59,681 nt of DNA from an uncultured Thermoplasmata archaeon (lineage in GTDB: Archaea; Thermoplasmatota; Thermoplasmata; Halarchaeoplasmatales; Halarchaeoplasmataceae): assembly GCA_964535805.1 (NCBI GenBank), contig CAZHUM010000004.1:1-59681 (forward strand). Direction: 5' to 3'. Both the position numbers and the translations under genes were made by a program. The notes under the pieces were generated by a model that saw only the letters and a list, made by a program, of their open reading frames with translations, searched no databases and was not told where the DNA came from. Of this stretch, positions 9,573-19,560 are shown piece by piece. Numbering within the stretch: the first letter of the stretch is position 1; every line of letters begins with the position of its first letter.

Positions 9573-9959
9573 ATGCATGAATACTCTGTTATGAGTTCAT
9601 TGATCACAGCACTTCTGGAAGAACTCGAAGATAGAAAAATAAAAAAGGTCAAAACGGTCACTTTGGAGATAGGCGCTCTCACCTTCCTGGGAGAACAGCA
9701 GATGAAGTTCGCTTACGAAGCTCTCTCCATAGACACCGTGCTGGAAGGCTCCCAACTCGAAGTAAAAGAATTACCGGCTGAAATCAAGTGTCCAGGATGT
9801 GGATACGAAGGAGAAGTTAACTATGCGGACGACCCTGCATTCCATCTCCAGATACCGGTCATATCCTGCCCCGAATGCGGAGGAAAGCCCGAGATCATCC
9901 AGGGCAAGGAAACCGTGATAAAGAACATCACCGTTATGGAGGAAGAAGATGAAAGCTGA
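9573..9959 (+). CDS. hypA: Hydrogenase nickel-incorporation protein HypA
   Basis: MHEYSV N-terminus (Ni-binding MHE) and zinc motif CPGCGY...CPECGG. The track ORF begins at TTG 9525; ATG 9573 gives the canonical N-terminus. Confidence 0.9.
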   Translation: MHEYSVMSSLITALLEELEDRKIKKVKTVTLEIGALTFLGEQQMKFAYEALSIDTVLEGSQLEVKELPAEIKCPGCGYEGEVNYADDPAFHLQIPVISCPECGGKPEIIQGKETVIKNITVMEEEDES

Positions 9960-11046
9960 CGTAGAACAGTTCAAGCTCAGGGACGATAAAAAAGCCAAAC
10001 AAATAATCCATGAGTTGAAAAAGAAAGAACAAGATCTCACGCTCATGCACGTCTGCGGGACACATCAGGACACACTGGTCAGACACGGCTTGGAACCCGT
10101 ACTCGAAGATGCAGGCGTAGATATCAGACAGGGTCCGGGCTGTCCGGTCTGCGTTACAACTCCCCGAGAGATCGAAGAGATAATCCAGTTAGCTAAAGAG
10201 GGGGTCACCATAACCGCATTCGGAGACATGGTGAAAGTCCCCGGCACCGACGATTCACTAGCGAAAGCCAGGGCGAGAGGTGCGGACGTGAGGATCGTTT
10301 ACAGTGTAGACGATGCGGTCCAGATAGCACAGAAAACAGACGATGAAGTCGTCTTCATGGCGGTCGGATTCGAGACCACGTCGCCCTCCATCGCATCCGC
10401 GGTCATCAACGATCCACCGGACAACTTCAGTATACTCACGTGCCACAGAGTCGTCCCACCGGCTCTCGAAGCTATATTGAACATGGGCGAGATCAAACTC
10501 GACGGACTCATAGAACCGGGTCACGTGAGCGTTATCATCGGAACGGAGCCCTACGGACCGATCTCACAAAGACACAACATACCACAGGTTGTCGCGGGAT
10601 TCGAACCCCTTGACCTGCTGATGTCCGTCTACATGATAGCAAAACAGGTCGAAGAGGGAAGGAGCGAGGTCGAAAACGAATACGGAAGAGCGGTAAAGCC
10701 GGAAGGGAATCCTAAAGCACTGGAACTCTTGGACGAGGTTTTCGATCCGAAAGACATCGAATGGAGGGGTTTCCCGGAGATACCGGATTCCGGATATGAA
10801 TTAAAAACACCATACGAACACCTGGACGCGAGAAGAAGATTCGAAGACGAACTTCTACCGATAAAGAACAAAGTATTCGAGGAGCCAGAGGGATGCAGAT
10901 GCGGAGAAGTACTGAGAGGGATAATCGACTCCGAACGATGCCCGCTGTTCGGCACGAAGTGCACGCCGTCAACTCCGGTCGGCCCATGTATGGTGAGCAG
11001 GGAAGGGAGCTGTAACATCGATTACAGGTATCAAAACAAGAGATAG
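9949..11046 (+). CDS. hypD: Hydrogenase maturation protein HypD
   Basis: CGTHQD, GPGCPVCVT, GFETT and PGHVS motifs. 11-nt overlap with hypA. Confidence 0.95.
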   Translation: MKADVEQFKLRDDKKAKQIIHELKKKEQDLTLMHVCGTHQDTLVRHGLEPVLEDAGVDIRQGPGCPVCVTTPREIEEIIQLAKEGVTITAFGDMVKVPGTDDSLAKARARGADVRIVYSVDDAVQIAQKTDDEVVFMAVGFETTSPSIASAVINDPPDNFSILTCHRVVPPALEAILNMGEIKLDGLIEPGHVSVIIGTEPYGPISQRHNIPQVVAGFEPLDLLMSVYMIAKQVEEGRSEVENEYGRAVKPEGNPKALELLDEVFDPKDIEWRGFPEIPDSGYELKTPYEHLDARRRFEDELLPIKNKVFEEPEGCRCGEVLRGIIDSERCPLFGTKCTPSTPVGPCMVSREGSCNIDYRYQNKR

Positions 11047-11051
11047 CAGAC

Positions 11052-11068
11052 AAAATATTTAAATAAAT
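11052..11068 (+). promoter_or_regulatory. TATA-box-like element upstream of the ATPase gene
   Basis: AAAATATTTAAATAAAT is centred about 27 nt upstream of ATG 11088, consistent with a short or absent leader. Confidence 0.35.
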
Positions 11069-11087
11069 AGTTTAAACTATAATAGTC

Positions 11088-12401
11088 ATGACTATGTTTA
11101 TAGATCGCAGAGAAGAACTCAAAAGACTTGAAGAATTTAAAGGCGATACTGCCTTGATATATGGTAGACGGAGGGTCGGAAAGACAAGACTTATGAAGGA
11201 ATTCATAAAAAGTAAAAATTCACTTTATCTTCTTTGTGCTGATAAAGGTGAAGAATACAATCTAGATAAGTTCTCTCAGATCATATCAGATAAATATGAT
11301 ATACCAGGATTGAGATTTGAAAGTTTCAAAGAGTTATTCAGATTCGTTTCTAAGCAGGACACTGAGATAGTGTGTATAGATGAGTTTGGATACCTTGTGA
11401 AATCAGGTGCCGTTCCAGAGTTCCAGGAAATACTCGATGAGATCCTTAAACAAAAGCTCTTCTTGAGTGGGAGTAACGTTTCTACGATGAAATCCGACAT
11501 AATGGGTTACGATAGCCCGATGTACGGAAGGATAGATCTGATTAAAAAAATAAACCCCTTGAAATTTAAGGCTGTATTGGAATGGTACCCCGAAATAGGT
11601 ATGGAGGGGGGGATAAAAGCATATGCCGCTACCGGTGGTGTACCAAGATATATGGAATTTTTCACCGGAAATAACATAGATGATGAGATAAGAGAGAAGA
11701 TGTTCGATCCAGACCTGATGTTATCTAGAGATACTAAATTTCTTTTACAGGAAGAAATGCCTGAACCAACACGTTACTACTTGATCTTAGAAGCTATAGC
11801 ACGAGGAAAAAATTCTTTAACAGAGATCTCAAACTACTCAAAGATAGATAGAACCCAAATACCATATTATCTCAACACTTTAAGGGACCTTGGATTCATA
11901 AAACATGAAAAACCCCTATTGGCTAAAAAAAGAGGCATCTATAAGATAACGGATAACTACATGAAATTTTGGTTCCGATTTATATCTCCATTTTACGAGG
12001 AGATCGATAGTGAAAATCTTACGAACGCAAAGAAAAATTTCGATAAAGAGTTCAATACTTATTTAGGACATATATTCGAAGACATCTGTCGGGAGATAAT
12101 TATAGATACTAGTATGATAGACTATACCCAGATGCGCAGATGGTGGTGGAAAGACAAAGAGATAGATATAACCGCGATAAATTCTGATAATAATTTAATT
12201 TATTTTGGAGAATGTAAATGGAAAGAATATGTAAACGCTGATATGATAGTAGATAAATTACGTGAGAAATCAAAACACCTAAAATGGAACAATAGTGAGA
12301 GAAAAGAAAAATATATGGTTTTCGCAAGATCGTTTGAAAAGAGATCAAAATCCGCTGATTGTTATGATTTGAACGATTTAAAGAGTATCATTACACAATA
12401 A
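11088..12401 (+). CDS. Archaeal-ATPase family P-loop NTPase with a C-terminal DUF234-like domain
   Basis: Walker A GRRRVGKTRL, Walker B-like IVCIDEFGY, a winged-helix-like middle, and a C-terminal FEDICREII...EIDITAI...FGECKW (DUF234 pattern). Confidence 0.8.
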   Translation: MTMFIDRREELKRLEEFKGDTALIYGRRRVGKTRLMKEFIKSKNSLYLLCADKGEEYNLDKFSQIISDKYDIPGLRFESFKELFRFVSKQDTEIVCIDEFGYLVKSGAVPEFQEILDEILKQKLFLSGSNVSTMKSDIMGYDSPMYGRIDLIKKINPLKFKAVLEWYPEIGMEGGIKAYAATGGVPRYMEFFTGNNIDDEIREKMFDPDLMLSRDTKFLLQEEMPEPTRYYLILEAIARGKNSLTEISNYSKIDRTQIPYYLNTLRDLGFIKHEKPLLAKKRGIYKITDNYMKFWFRFISPFYEEIDSENLTNAKKNFDKEFNTYLGHIFEDICREIIIDTSMIDYTQMRRWWWKDKEIDITAINSDNNLIYFGECKWKEYVNADMIVDKLREKSKHLKWNNSERKEKYMVFARSFEKRSKSADCYDLNDLKSIITQ

Positions 12402-12413
12402 GTAGAGATCATC

Positions 12414-13511
12414 ATGTCGCCAGAAATCGAGGATGAGATAGAAAAGATCGAAGAGGAGATCAAAACCACTCCCTACAACAAGGCAACCCAGCACCACATA
12501 GGTAAACTGAAAGCTAAACTATCTAAACTAAAAGAGAAGCTGGAACGGAAAGGGAAGGGAACGGCGAGGGGTGGAGGATACGCGGTCCCCAAAGAAGGAG
12601 ACGCCACAGTCGGACTCGTCGGTTACCCCAGCGTGGGAAAGAGCACCCTGCTGAACGAACTCACCAACGCAAAGAGCAAGGTAGCCCCCTATCATTTCAC
12701 CACCCTGGACGTGATACCCGGTGTTCTCCTTTACAACGATGCCGAGATCCAGATCCTCGACCTCCCAGGTCTTGTACAGGGAGCCGCCTCCGGCAAGGGC
12801 AGGGGAAAGGAAGTTCTATCCGTTGCAAGGGAAGTCGATTTGATAGTGATGATAGGAGACGTTACCAGGAGCGATATCTCCGGTATAGCGAGAGAGCTCG
12901 AGGGCATGGGCGTTAGACTCAACAAGGAACCGCCGGATATCAATATCAAAAGGAAAGACCGCGGAGGTCTGGAAGTAGCCAGCACGGTCACGCTCACCGA
13001 GGTAGACAAAGAAACCGTCAAAGACATACTGAGAGAGTACGGGTACATCAACGGCACGATCGTTATACGCTCTGACATCACGGTCGACCAGCTGATAGAC
13101 CATCTAGCCGGCAACAGGGTTTACACCAAAGCCATGTGTGTCATCAACAAGATCGACATGCCCTTCGATGGTAGTAAGGAAGAGATAATCGGATCAAATA
13201 AACCGTGGAAACCGATATTCATATCCGTAGAAGAAGGCACCAATCTAGATGAACTGAAAGAAGCTATGTTCGAGAACCTGAATTTCATAAGGATCTTCCT
13301 TAAGCCCCAGGGAGAGAAGGGCGACGACGAACCCATGATCGTAAAAGAGGGGGCGAGGGTCAAAGACGTGTGTAAAAAACTGCACAGCGATTTCGTCGAT
13401 AAATTCAGATACGCACGTATATGGGGTCCGACGGCTAAGTTCCCCAAACAGAGGGTGGGTAAGGACCACGTACTAAAAGAGGGAGATACATTACGCATAA
13501 TAATCGGTTGA
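12414..13511 (+). CDS. DRG/Obg-family GTPase with a TGS domain
   Basis: YNKATQHHIGKLKAKL N-terminus; G1 GYPSVGKST, G3 DLPG, G4 NKID; C-terminal TGS-like segment. Confidence 0.9.
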   Translation: MSPEIEDEIEKIEEEIKTTPYNKATQHHIGKLKAKLSKLKEKLERKGKGTARGGGYAVPKEGDATVGLVGYPSVGKSTLLNELTNAKSKVAPYHFTTLDVIPGVLLYNDAEIQILDLPGLVQGAASGKGRGKEVLSVAREVDLIVMIGDVTRSDISGIARELEGMGVRLNKEPPDINIKRKDRGGLEVASTVTLTEVDKETVKDILREYGYINGTIVIRSDITVDQLIDHLAGNRVYTKAMCVINKIDMPFDGSKEEIIGSNKPWKPIFISVEEGTNLDELKEAMFENLNFIRIFLKPQGEKGDDEPMIVKEGARVKDVCKKLHSDFVDKFRYARIWGPTAKFPKQRVGKDHVLKEGDTLRIIIG

Positions 13512-13530
13512 GCATGGGATAGATTTAAAT

Positions 13531-14094
13531 GTGAGCAAAATTAACTTACAGCAGATGAAGAACATCATCTCTAAAGCGATGAGCTCCGGTATGGACTTTA
13601 CGCGCAGAGGAGCTCTGAAGGCGTTTCTAAAGAAGATCGATGTAGACCAAGATATATACGATAGAGTCTATGTGACCATAAAGAACATGTCCTTCGAGGA
13701 CGAATACAGAAGGGTTCCCTTCGAAGAACGAGTCCTTTTTCTACCACAGTGCCTGAGAAATTCCGAGAAGTGCAAAGCTACCCTCACCCAATACGGCTAC
13801 GAATGTCAGAGGTGCGGCAGCTGCGTGATCGATAAGATAATGGAGATAACGGATGAACTTAACTATAAGAAAGTATACATAGTTCCAGGTGGGAGTCTGG
13901 TCAGAAAGATAATCAAGAAAAAAAACCCGAGGGCCGTCGTCGGTGTAGCTTGTTTTCTGGAGTTGGCGGAGGCTATGGAACAGGTCATCCTCCACGACCT
14001 ACCGGCACAGGGTGTAAATCTGATCAAGGAGGGATGCATAGATACCCGGGTGGATTTGGACACGTTAGAAGAGATGCTGAGGGAAAGGAAGTAA
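13531..14094 (+). CDS. DUF116 family protein
   Basis: LFLPQCLRN...CQRCGSC...YIVPGGSLV...VGVACFLEL pattern. GTG 13531 lies directly after a TATA-like GATTTAAAT (13521-13529), so ATG 13555 (MKNIISK) as a leaderless start is an alternative. Confidence 0.7.
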   Translation: MSKINLQQMKNIISKAMSSGMDFTRRGALKAFLKKIDVDQDIYDRVYVTIKNMSFEDEYRRVPFEERVLFLPQCLRNSEKCKATLTQYGYECQRCGSCVIDKIMEITDELNYKKVYIVPGGSLVRKIIKKKNPRAVVGVACFLELAEAMEQVILHDLPAQGVNLIKEGCIDTRVDLDTLEEMLRERK

Positions 14095-14147
14095 TTCTAC
14101 GATAAATGATAAATACACTTTTACTGATGCGGAGAAAGTGATTCGAC

Positions 14148-15305
14148 ATGCTAGATCCGCAAATTGTAAGAGAAAAGTTGAATGAGTACGATTACGAAGA
14201 TATCAAAGTAGGAGTTGTCGCTTCCCACTCGGCACTGGATGTGTGTGACGGTTCCAAAGACGAAGGATTCCCGACACTAGCCATATGCCAGAAGGGGAGA
14301 GAGAAAACGTATGATAGATATTTCAAAACGGTGTGGGATGATAAAGGCAACAGGATGAGAGGTGTGGTGGATGAAACGTGGATACTGGATAAGTTCGCAG
14401 ACGTCCTTTTGCCGGACTATCAAAAAAAGTTGATCGACGAGAACGTGATATTCGTCCCGAACCGTTCCTTCACATCTTACGCTCCCTTGGATAAAATCGA
14501 GGACGATTTCGAGATACCGATGGTGGGCAGCAGGAACCTGCTCAGAAGCGAGGAACGAGAAGAGGAGAAAGATTACTACTGGCTGCTCGAAAAGGCGGGC
14601 CTACCCTTCCCGAAGAAATATGAAGATCCGGAAGATATCGATAAACTGGTAATCGTCAAGCTGAAGCACAAAGAAAAGAGGCTGGAAAGGGGGTTCTTCA
14701 CCGCAGCGTCCTACGACGAATACCAGAAAAAGGTCGATAATCTACTCAAGCACGACGTTATAACAAAAGAAGACCTCGCTAACGCGAGGATAGAAGAGTA
14801 CATAATCGGACCGGTGTTCAACTTCGACTTCTTCTACAGCCCGTTGAACAAAACAGGAACGGAGATAGAACTCCTAGGTATAGACTGGAGGTTCGAAACC
14901 AGCCTGGACGGTCACGTTAGACTTCCCGCCCCACAGCAGATGACGCTCAACGAAGAACAAAGGGTGCCGGAGTACACGGTCACGGGACACAACAGCGCGA
15001 CCCTGAGAGAATCTCAGCTCGAAAAAGTCTTCAAGATGGCGGAGATCTACGTTGAAGCGACCAAAGAACACTACGACCCAGGTGTCATCGGTCCCTTCTG
15101 TCTGCAGACCTGCGTAGATAAAGACCTCAACTTCTACATCTACGACGTTGCACCCCGTACAGGCGGTGGAACCAACGTGCACATGAACGTAGGCCATCCT
15201 TACGGAAATACCCTCTACGGCAGAAGGATGTCCACGGGTAGAAGGCTGGCCATGGAGATAAGAAGAGGTGTAGAATTAGACAGACTCGAAGAGATAGTCA
15301 CGTAA
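14148..15305 (+). CDS. purP: 5-formaminoimidazole-4-carboxamide ribonucleotide (FAICAR) synthetase PurP (ATP-grasp)
   Basis: VASHSALDV N-terminal motif; archaeal PurP length and ATP-grasp core (IEEYIIGP..., GGGTNV). Confidence 0.9.
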   Translation: MLDPQIVREKLNEYDYEDIKVGVVASHSALDVCDGSKDEGFPTLAICQKGREKTYDRYFKTVWDDKGNRMRGVVDETWILDKFADVLLPDYQKKLIDENVIFVPNRSFTSYAPLDKIEDDFEIPMVGSRNLLRSEEREEEKDYYWLLEKAGLPFPKKYEDPEDIDKLVIVKLKHKEKRLERGFFTAASYDEYQKKVDNLLKHDVITKEDLANARIEEYIIGPVFNFDFFYSPLNKTGTEIELLGIDWRFETSLDGHVRLPAPQQMTLNEEQRVPEYTVTGHNSATLRESQLEKVFKMAEIYVEATKEHYDPGVIGPFCLQTCVDKDLNFYIYDVAPRTGGGTNVHMNVGHPYGNTLYGRRMSTGRRLAMEIRRGVELDRLEEIVT

Positions 15306-15310
15306 CCCAA

Positions 15311-15350
15311 TTAATATATATCCAAATGTAATATACTGATATAATGGAGG
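15311..15350 (+). promoter_or_regulatory. TATA-like box (15311-15321) and Shine-Dalgarno GGAGG (15346-15350) for the TPR gene
   Basis: TTAATATATAT lies about 40 nt upstream and GGAGG 7 nt upstream of ATG 15358. Confidence 0.35.
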
Positions 15351-15357
15351 AAATACC

Positions 15358-18300
15358 ATGGGTTTCCTAGATTCCATAGACAAGTTGATAGATAAAGAAA
15401 AAAGAACGCTCGCCAAGGCAGGAAAGTACCTTGACAAGGCAAAGAATTTACATCAGCAGGGTGATATTCAAGGTTCCAAGGAGTACTGTGACCGAATATG
15501 GGACCACCTCAAGAAGCAAGAGTCCAGTTTCGAAAACATGATCGATCAATTATCGGTTAAGTACGACGAACTGGGTTGGATGTATTATCATATCGGTTTC
15601 GAGGACAACGCACTCGCCGCTGAAGAAGAAGCGATCCGTATCAACCCGAAGAACGTTGATGCGCTTAATCACAAAGCTCTCATCAACGCTGAGAGATCCA
15701 GGTACGACGATGCGTTGAATATCCTCGAGAACGCTATAGCTGTCGACCCTCATAACAAGTACACGTTGGGAAACAAGGGTGACGTTCTCAAAGCGATGGG
15801 AAGAAAGGAAGAATCTGTAAAGACCTATGAAAAGGCACTCCAAATCGATCCGACCGACATATCATTTTACAATAAGATACTGGAGATCCAACCCAATGAT
15901 TCCAAAACATGGGCAAACAGAGGTTGGGCCCAGAGGAAGAACGGCGATTACGAAAGTGCTATCGAATCTTTCAATAAGTCTTTGGAGATAAACCCCAATC
16001 AAGAAAAGATATGGCTGTACAAGGGAGTTACGCTTAGGGAAGTTAACAAACCAAACGACGCCGTCGTGTGTTTCGACAACGGTATCGAGATCAACCCTGA
16101 TAGGAAGAGTTTATGGGTGGAGAAGGGAAGGACACTGCATCAATTGGGGAGAAAGGAGGAGGCTCTCGAAGCTTTAACTAGAGCGTTGGAGATAGATTCA
16201 GAGGACAAAGAATTGTGGAATAAAAAAGGTACTCTGTTGTACGAATTAAAAAGATACAGGGACGCTGTAGCTGCCTTCGACAAAGGCTTAGCCATCGACT
16301 ATGAAGACATAAGGTTACTCACAAACAAGAAAGAAGCGTTGAAACCCCTGGGTAAGTACGAAGAACTTATCAGAGTCTCCGATAAAATATTGGAGAGAAA
16401 TCCAACAGATGCAACGACCCTCTACGATAAAGGTGTAGCTCTTCAAAGATTAAAAAGGTACGACGAAGCCATAGAGCAGTTCGAGGAAGCTCTTACATAC
16501 AATCCAAAAGACACCCACGCACTGCGCCACGAAAAGGAGATATACAAGAACCTAAAGAAATGGAAAGAGGTAGTACGTGTAGCAGACAGGATCAACGTTA
16601 TCGATGACGGGATCTACGATGCGTGGTATGACAGAGGGGTAGCTCTTTTAAAATTAAACAACTCCGAACTAGCTCTTGATAGTTTCAACAGATCCTTGGA
16701 GATAAAAGAAGATGATAAGAACAGTCTAGAAGGAAAAAAGGAAGCCCTTAAGGAACTAAGAAGGTACGGCGAAGTTATCACGGTCTGCGATAGACTGATA
16801 TCGATGGACCCAGATAATATCGAGGCTTATTTCGATCGTGCTAGGTCTTACGAGAGAACTAACAACTACGAGAAAGCCATACGAGATTTCGAGAAAGGTC
16901 TCCAGATGGACGACAGCAGGTACGAAAAATGGAATGAAAAGGGTCTCAGCGAGTACCGACTGGGCAAGTACAAAGATGCGCTCAACAGCTTCCAAAAAGC
17001 CATCGGGCTCAACCCGAAAGACAAGAGGTTCTACAACAACATGGGGCACTGCCTCAGCAAGATGGAGAGATACGAGGATGCCATCGATGCTTACTCAAAG
17101 GCTCTAAAATTGGACCCCAGAGATAAGCGGATATGGTACAGCAAGGGTCTCGCACAAGAGGGGTTGAACAGATACGAGGAAGCCGTCGTTTCATACGAAA
17201 AAACACTTGAGATCGACCCACAGGACGACAAAGTTTGGTACAGCAAAGGTATCGCCCTTGAATGGTTGGATAGGTACAAAGACGCCATCGACGCATTCAA
17301 TCATTCCATCAAACTCAACCCGTCACACAGACTCGCTTACATAAGAAAAGGTGTGGCACTCACCAAGATAGATAAACATGAACAAGCTGTCCGAGCATTC
17401 GATAGGGCACTCTCTATGGAGCCTCGCGATGTCAAACTGCTGGAGAAGAAAAAGGAATCGATCAAGGAACTAGCTAGATGGAGTGATTTGATACAAACGT
17501 GTGACAGTATCATAGAGCTCGACACCAACAATGCAGAGGCGTGGAGAGACAAGGGGGATGCACTGAGCCATCTAGGTGAAGCTGAATCCGCTCTTTACTG
17601 CTTCGAGAGCGCACTGGAGATAGAGGAAAACATAGAGGACATGAAGAAGGCGAAAGAGCTCCTTAAGGATCTCAAGAGGTCCGAAGAAGTATTGAAGTAC
17701 AGTGAGAGGATAATCGATATAGAACCAGATAATATAGAAGCTTGGCAGGACAAAGCTATAGCACTGAAGTTCCTCGATGAAAGAGAAAAGAGTCTCGAGG
17801 CATTCGATAAGGCTCTTGACCTGGATCCGAATTCAAAAAAGATGTGGTTCCAAAAAGGTCTAGTCCTGGAACATCTCAACCAGTACGAGAATGCTATGAG
17901 GGCGTATAACGAAGCACTCGACCTGGATCCGAACGATGTGGACGTTATCAACAGGAAGGCAGAATCCCTCCGTAAGATGGAGAGGTACGAGGAAGCCGCA
18001 CAGTGGTACCAGAAAGCCATCGACCATCAGCCTGAAAATACCCAGTTCTTGGATATGAAGGGCAGATGTTTGATAGAGACGGGCGATCTAGAGGAGGCTG
18101 AAGAAGTGTTCGAAAGGTCTCTGGAGATCAACGACCAGAACGGTCTTACCTGGAAGTACAAAGGTCTGCTCTCCGAAAGACTGGAGAAGTACGAGGAAGC
18201 CATCGGAGCCCTCGATACCGCTGTAAAACTAGGTTTTGATGACAAAGGTGTTTGGACGACCAAAGCGGAATGCTACGATTACCTTGGAAGGAAAGACGAT

Positions 18301-19560
18301 GCTATCAGATCTTACAACATGGCTATTGACAAGGATCCACAGGACGCAAAACTGTTCTTCAAAAGAGGAGAGATCGAATCGGAGATCGAACGGTACGAAG
18401 ATGCAGCCGAGAGTTTCTACGAGGCGACGATCATCGACCCAGAGTACGAAGAAGCCTGGTTCGAACGCGGCAGAGCGCTTGAAGCTTTAGAACGTTACAA
18501 CGCGGCAATAGAAGCTTATGATAAAGCCATAGGTCTTGATTCCGATGACAAGTATGCTTGGAACAACAAGGGAAGGGTACTTTTAGAAATGGGAAGAAGT
18601 GATAAGGCGGAAAGAGCTTTCCAGAAAGCCCTAGATATAGACACCGGTTTCGAATCCGCGAATGAAGGTCTAGAGATAGCCGAGGAGAAAGAAAAACAAA
18701 GGAAGCTTGAGAAGTATGCGAAGAGGGTGTTGGAATTCGAATGTGTGAGGAACCGACCGATATCAAAAGAGGAAGCATTCAAGAAGTGCGATATACCGTA
18801 CAATTTCATCGATGAAGTATTCACATACCTTTCCACGAGAGAACCGGTCGATTTCGGTGCTTTGGAAGAGGAAGAACAGAAAAAGTACGAAGCTGCTTCG
18901 CGTGCGGTCATCACTAAGCTTGCCACGCACTCTAGAGACAGCCTTTTGAACAATGGAGTAAGATTATGCGACATAGTAACCAAATATCCAGATAAATCCA
19001 TCGAAGAGTGCAAACACGTTCTAGAGTATATTAAAGAAGTATCGGAGATGGATGTTCCAACTGACCAGATCGATGAGAAGACGGAGAGACTCTTAAGAAA
19101 AAGAGTGTTGGACCTACCTCCGGAGAAGAGGGACTTCCTCAGCCTTGTCTCAAATCTAAATATAGGTATATATCAAGCCAAGAAAGTACAGGAAGCGCTG
19201 AAGAAATTCGAGGGGGCCGATTACAGACCGCCGAGTACTAAGATATCATCTTTGGTCAAAGAGAGTCCTATGAGGGGAGAAACAGTGGTCAAGCCAGAGG
19301 AGAAAGATGAGAAAAAAAAAGAAACCTCTAAAGAACCACCCAAAGAAGTAGAAAAGAAAGAAGAGGAAGAAGAGAAACCGGAAGAAAAGAAGGAAACCAA
19401 GTGTTACTTCTGCGGAGACCCAACCAACTACAAACACGACTGTGGTGACCTGCCCCTCTGTCCACAGTGTGAAGAAAAGCACGCTGGTGAGATATGTCCT
19501 GAATGCGGAGAAGTTATAGGCAGCTCGAAGAAGAAAACTGACGACGATATGCGGTTGTGA
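15358..19560 (+). CDS. Giant TPR-repeat protein (1400 aa) with a K/E-rich linker and C-terminal Cys-rich zinc-ribbon module
   Basis: About 30 consecutive 34-aa TPR units (W/Y..G.AL..L.RYEEA...Y.KALE.DP.). C-terminus is KCYFCGD...CPQCEEKHAGEICPECGE. Confidence 0.9.
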   Translation: MGFLDSIDKLIDKEKRTLAKAGKYLDKAKNLHQQGDIQGSKEYCDRIWDHLKKQESSFENMIDQLSVKYDELGWMYYHIGFEDNALAAEEEAIRINPKNVDALNHKALINAERSRYDDALNILENAIAVDPHNKYTLGNKGDVLKAMGRKEESVKTYEKALQIDPTDISFYNKILEIQPNDSKTWANRGWAQRKNGDYESAIESFNKSLEINPNQEKIWLYKGVTLREVNKPNDAVVCFDNGIEINPDRKSLWVEKGRTLHQLGRKEEALEALTRALEIDSEDKELWNKKGTLLYELKRYRDAVAAFDKGLAIDYEDIRLLTNKKEALKPLGKYEELIRVSDKILERNPTDATTLYDKGVALQRLKRYDEAIEQFEEALTYNPKDTHALRHEKEIYKNLKKWKEVVRVADRINVIDDGIYDAWYDRGVALLKLNNSELALDSFNRSLEIKEDDKNSLEGKKEALKELRRYGEVITVCDRLISMDPDNIEAYFDRARSYERTNNYEKAIRDFEKGLQMDDSRYEKWNEKGLSEYRLGKYKDALNSFQKAIGLNPKDKRFYNNMGHCLSKMERYEDAIDAYSKALKLDPRDKRIWYSKGLAQEGLNRYEEAVVSYEKTLEIDPQDDKVWYSKGIALEWLDRYKDAIDAFNHSIKLNPSHRLAYIRKGVALTKIDKHEQAVRAFDRALSMEPRDVKLLEKKKESIKELARWSDLIQTCDSIIELDTNNAEAWRDKGDALSHLGEAESALYCFESALEIEENIEDMKKAKELLKDLKRSEEVLKYSERIIDIEPDNIEAWQDKAIALKFLDEREKSLEAFDKALDLDPNSKKMWFQKGLVLEHLNQYENAMRAYNEALDLDPNDVDVINRKAESLRKMERYEEAAQWYQKAIDHQPENTQFLDMKGRCLIETGDLEEAEEVFERSLEINDQNGLTWKYKGLLSERLEKYEEAIGALDTAVKLGFDDKGVWTTKAECYDYLGRKDDAIRSYNMAIDKDPQDAKLFFKRGEIESEIERYEDAAESFYEATIIDPEYEEAWFERGRALEALERYNAAIEAYDKAIGLDSDDKYAWNNKGRVLLEMGRSDKAERAFQKALDIDTGFESANEGLEIAEEKEKQRKLEKYAKRVLEFECVRNRPISKEEAFKKCDIPYNFIDEVFTYLSTREPVDFGALEEEEQKKYEAASRAVITKLATHSRDSLLNNGVRLCDIVTKYPDKSIEECKHVLEYIKEVSEMDVPTDQIDEKTERLLRKRVLDLPPEKRDFLSLVSNLNIGIYQAKKVQEALKKFEGADYRPPSTKISSLVKESPMRGETVVKPEEKDEKKKETSKEPPKEVEKKEEEEEKPEEKKETKCYFCGDPTNYKHDCGDLPLCPQCEEKHAGEICPECGEVIGSSKKKTDDDMRL

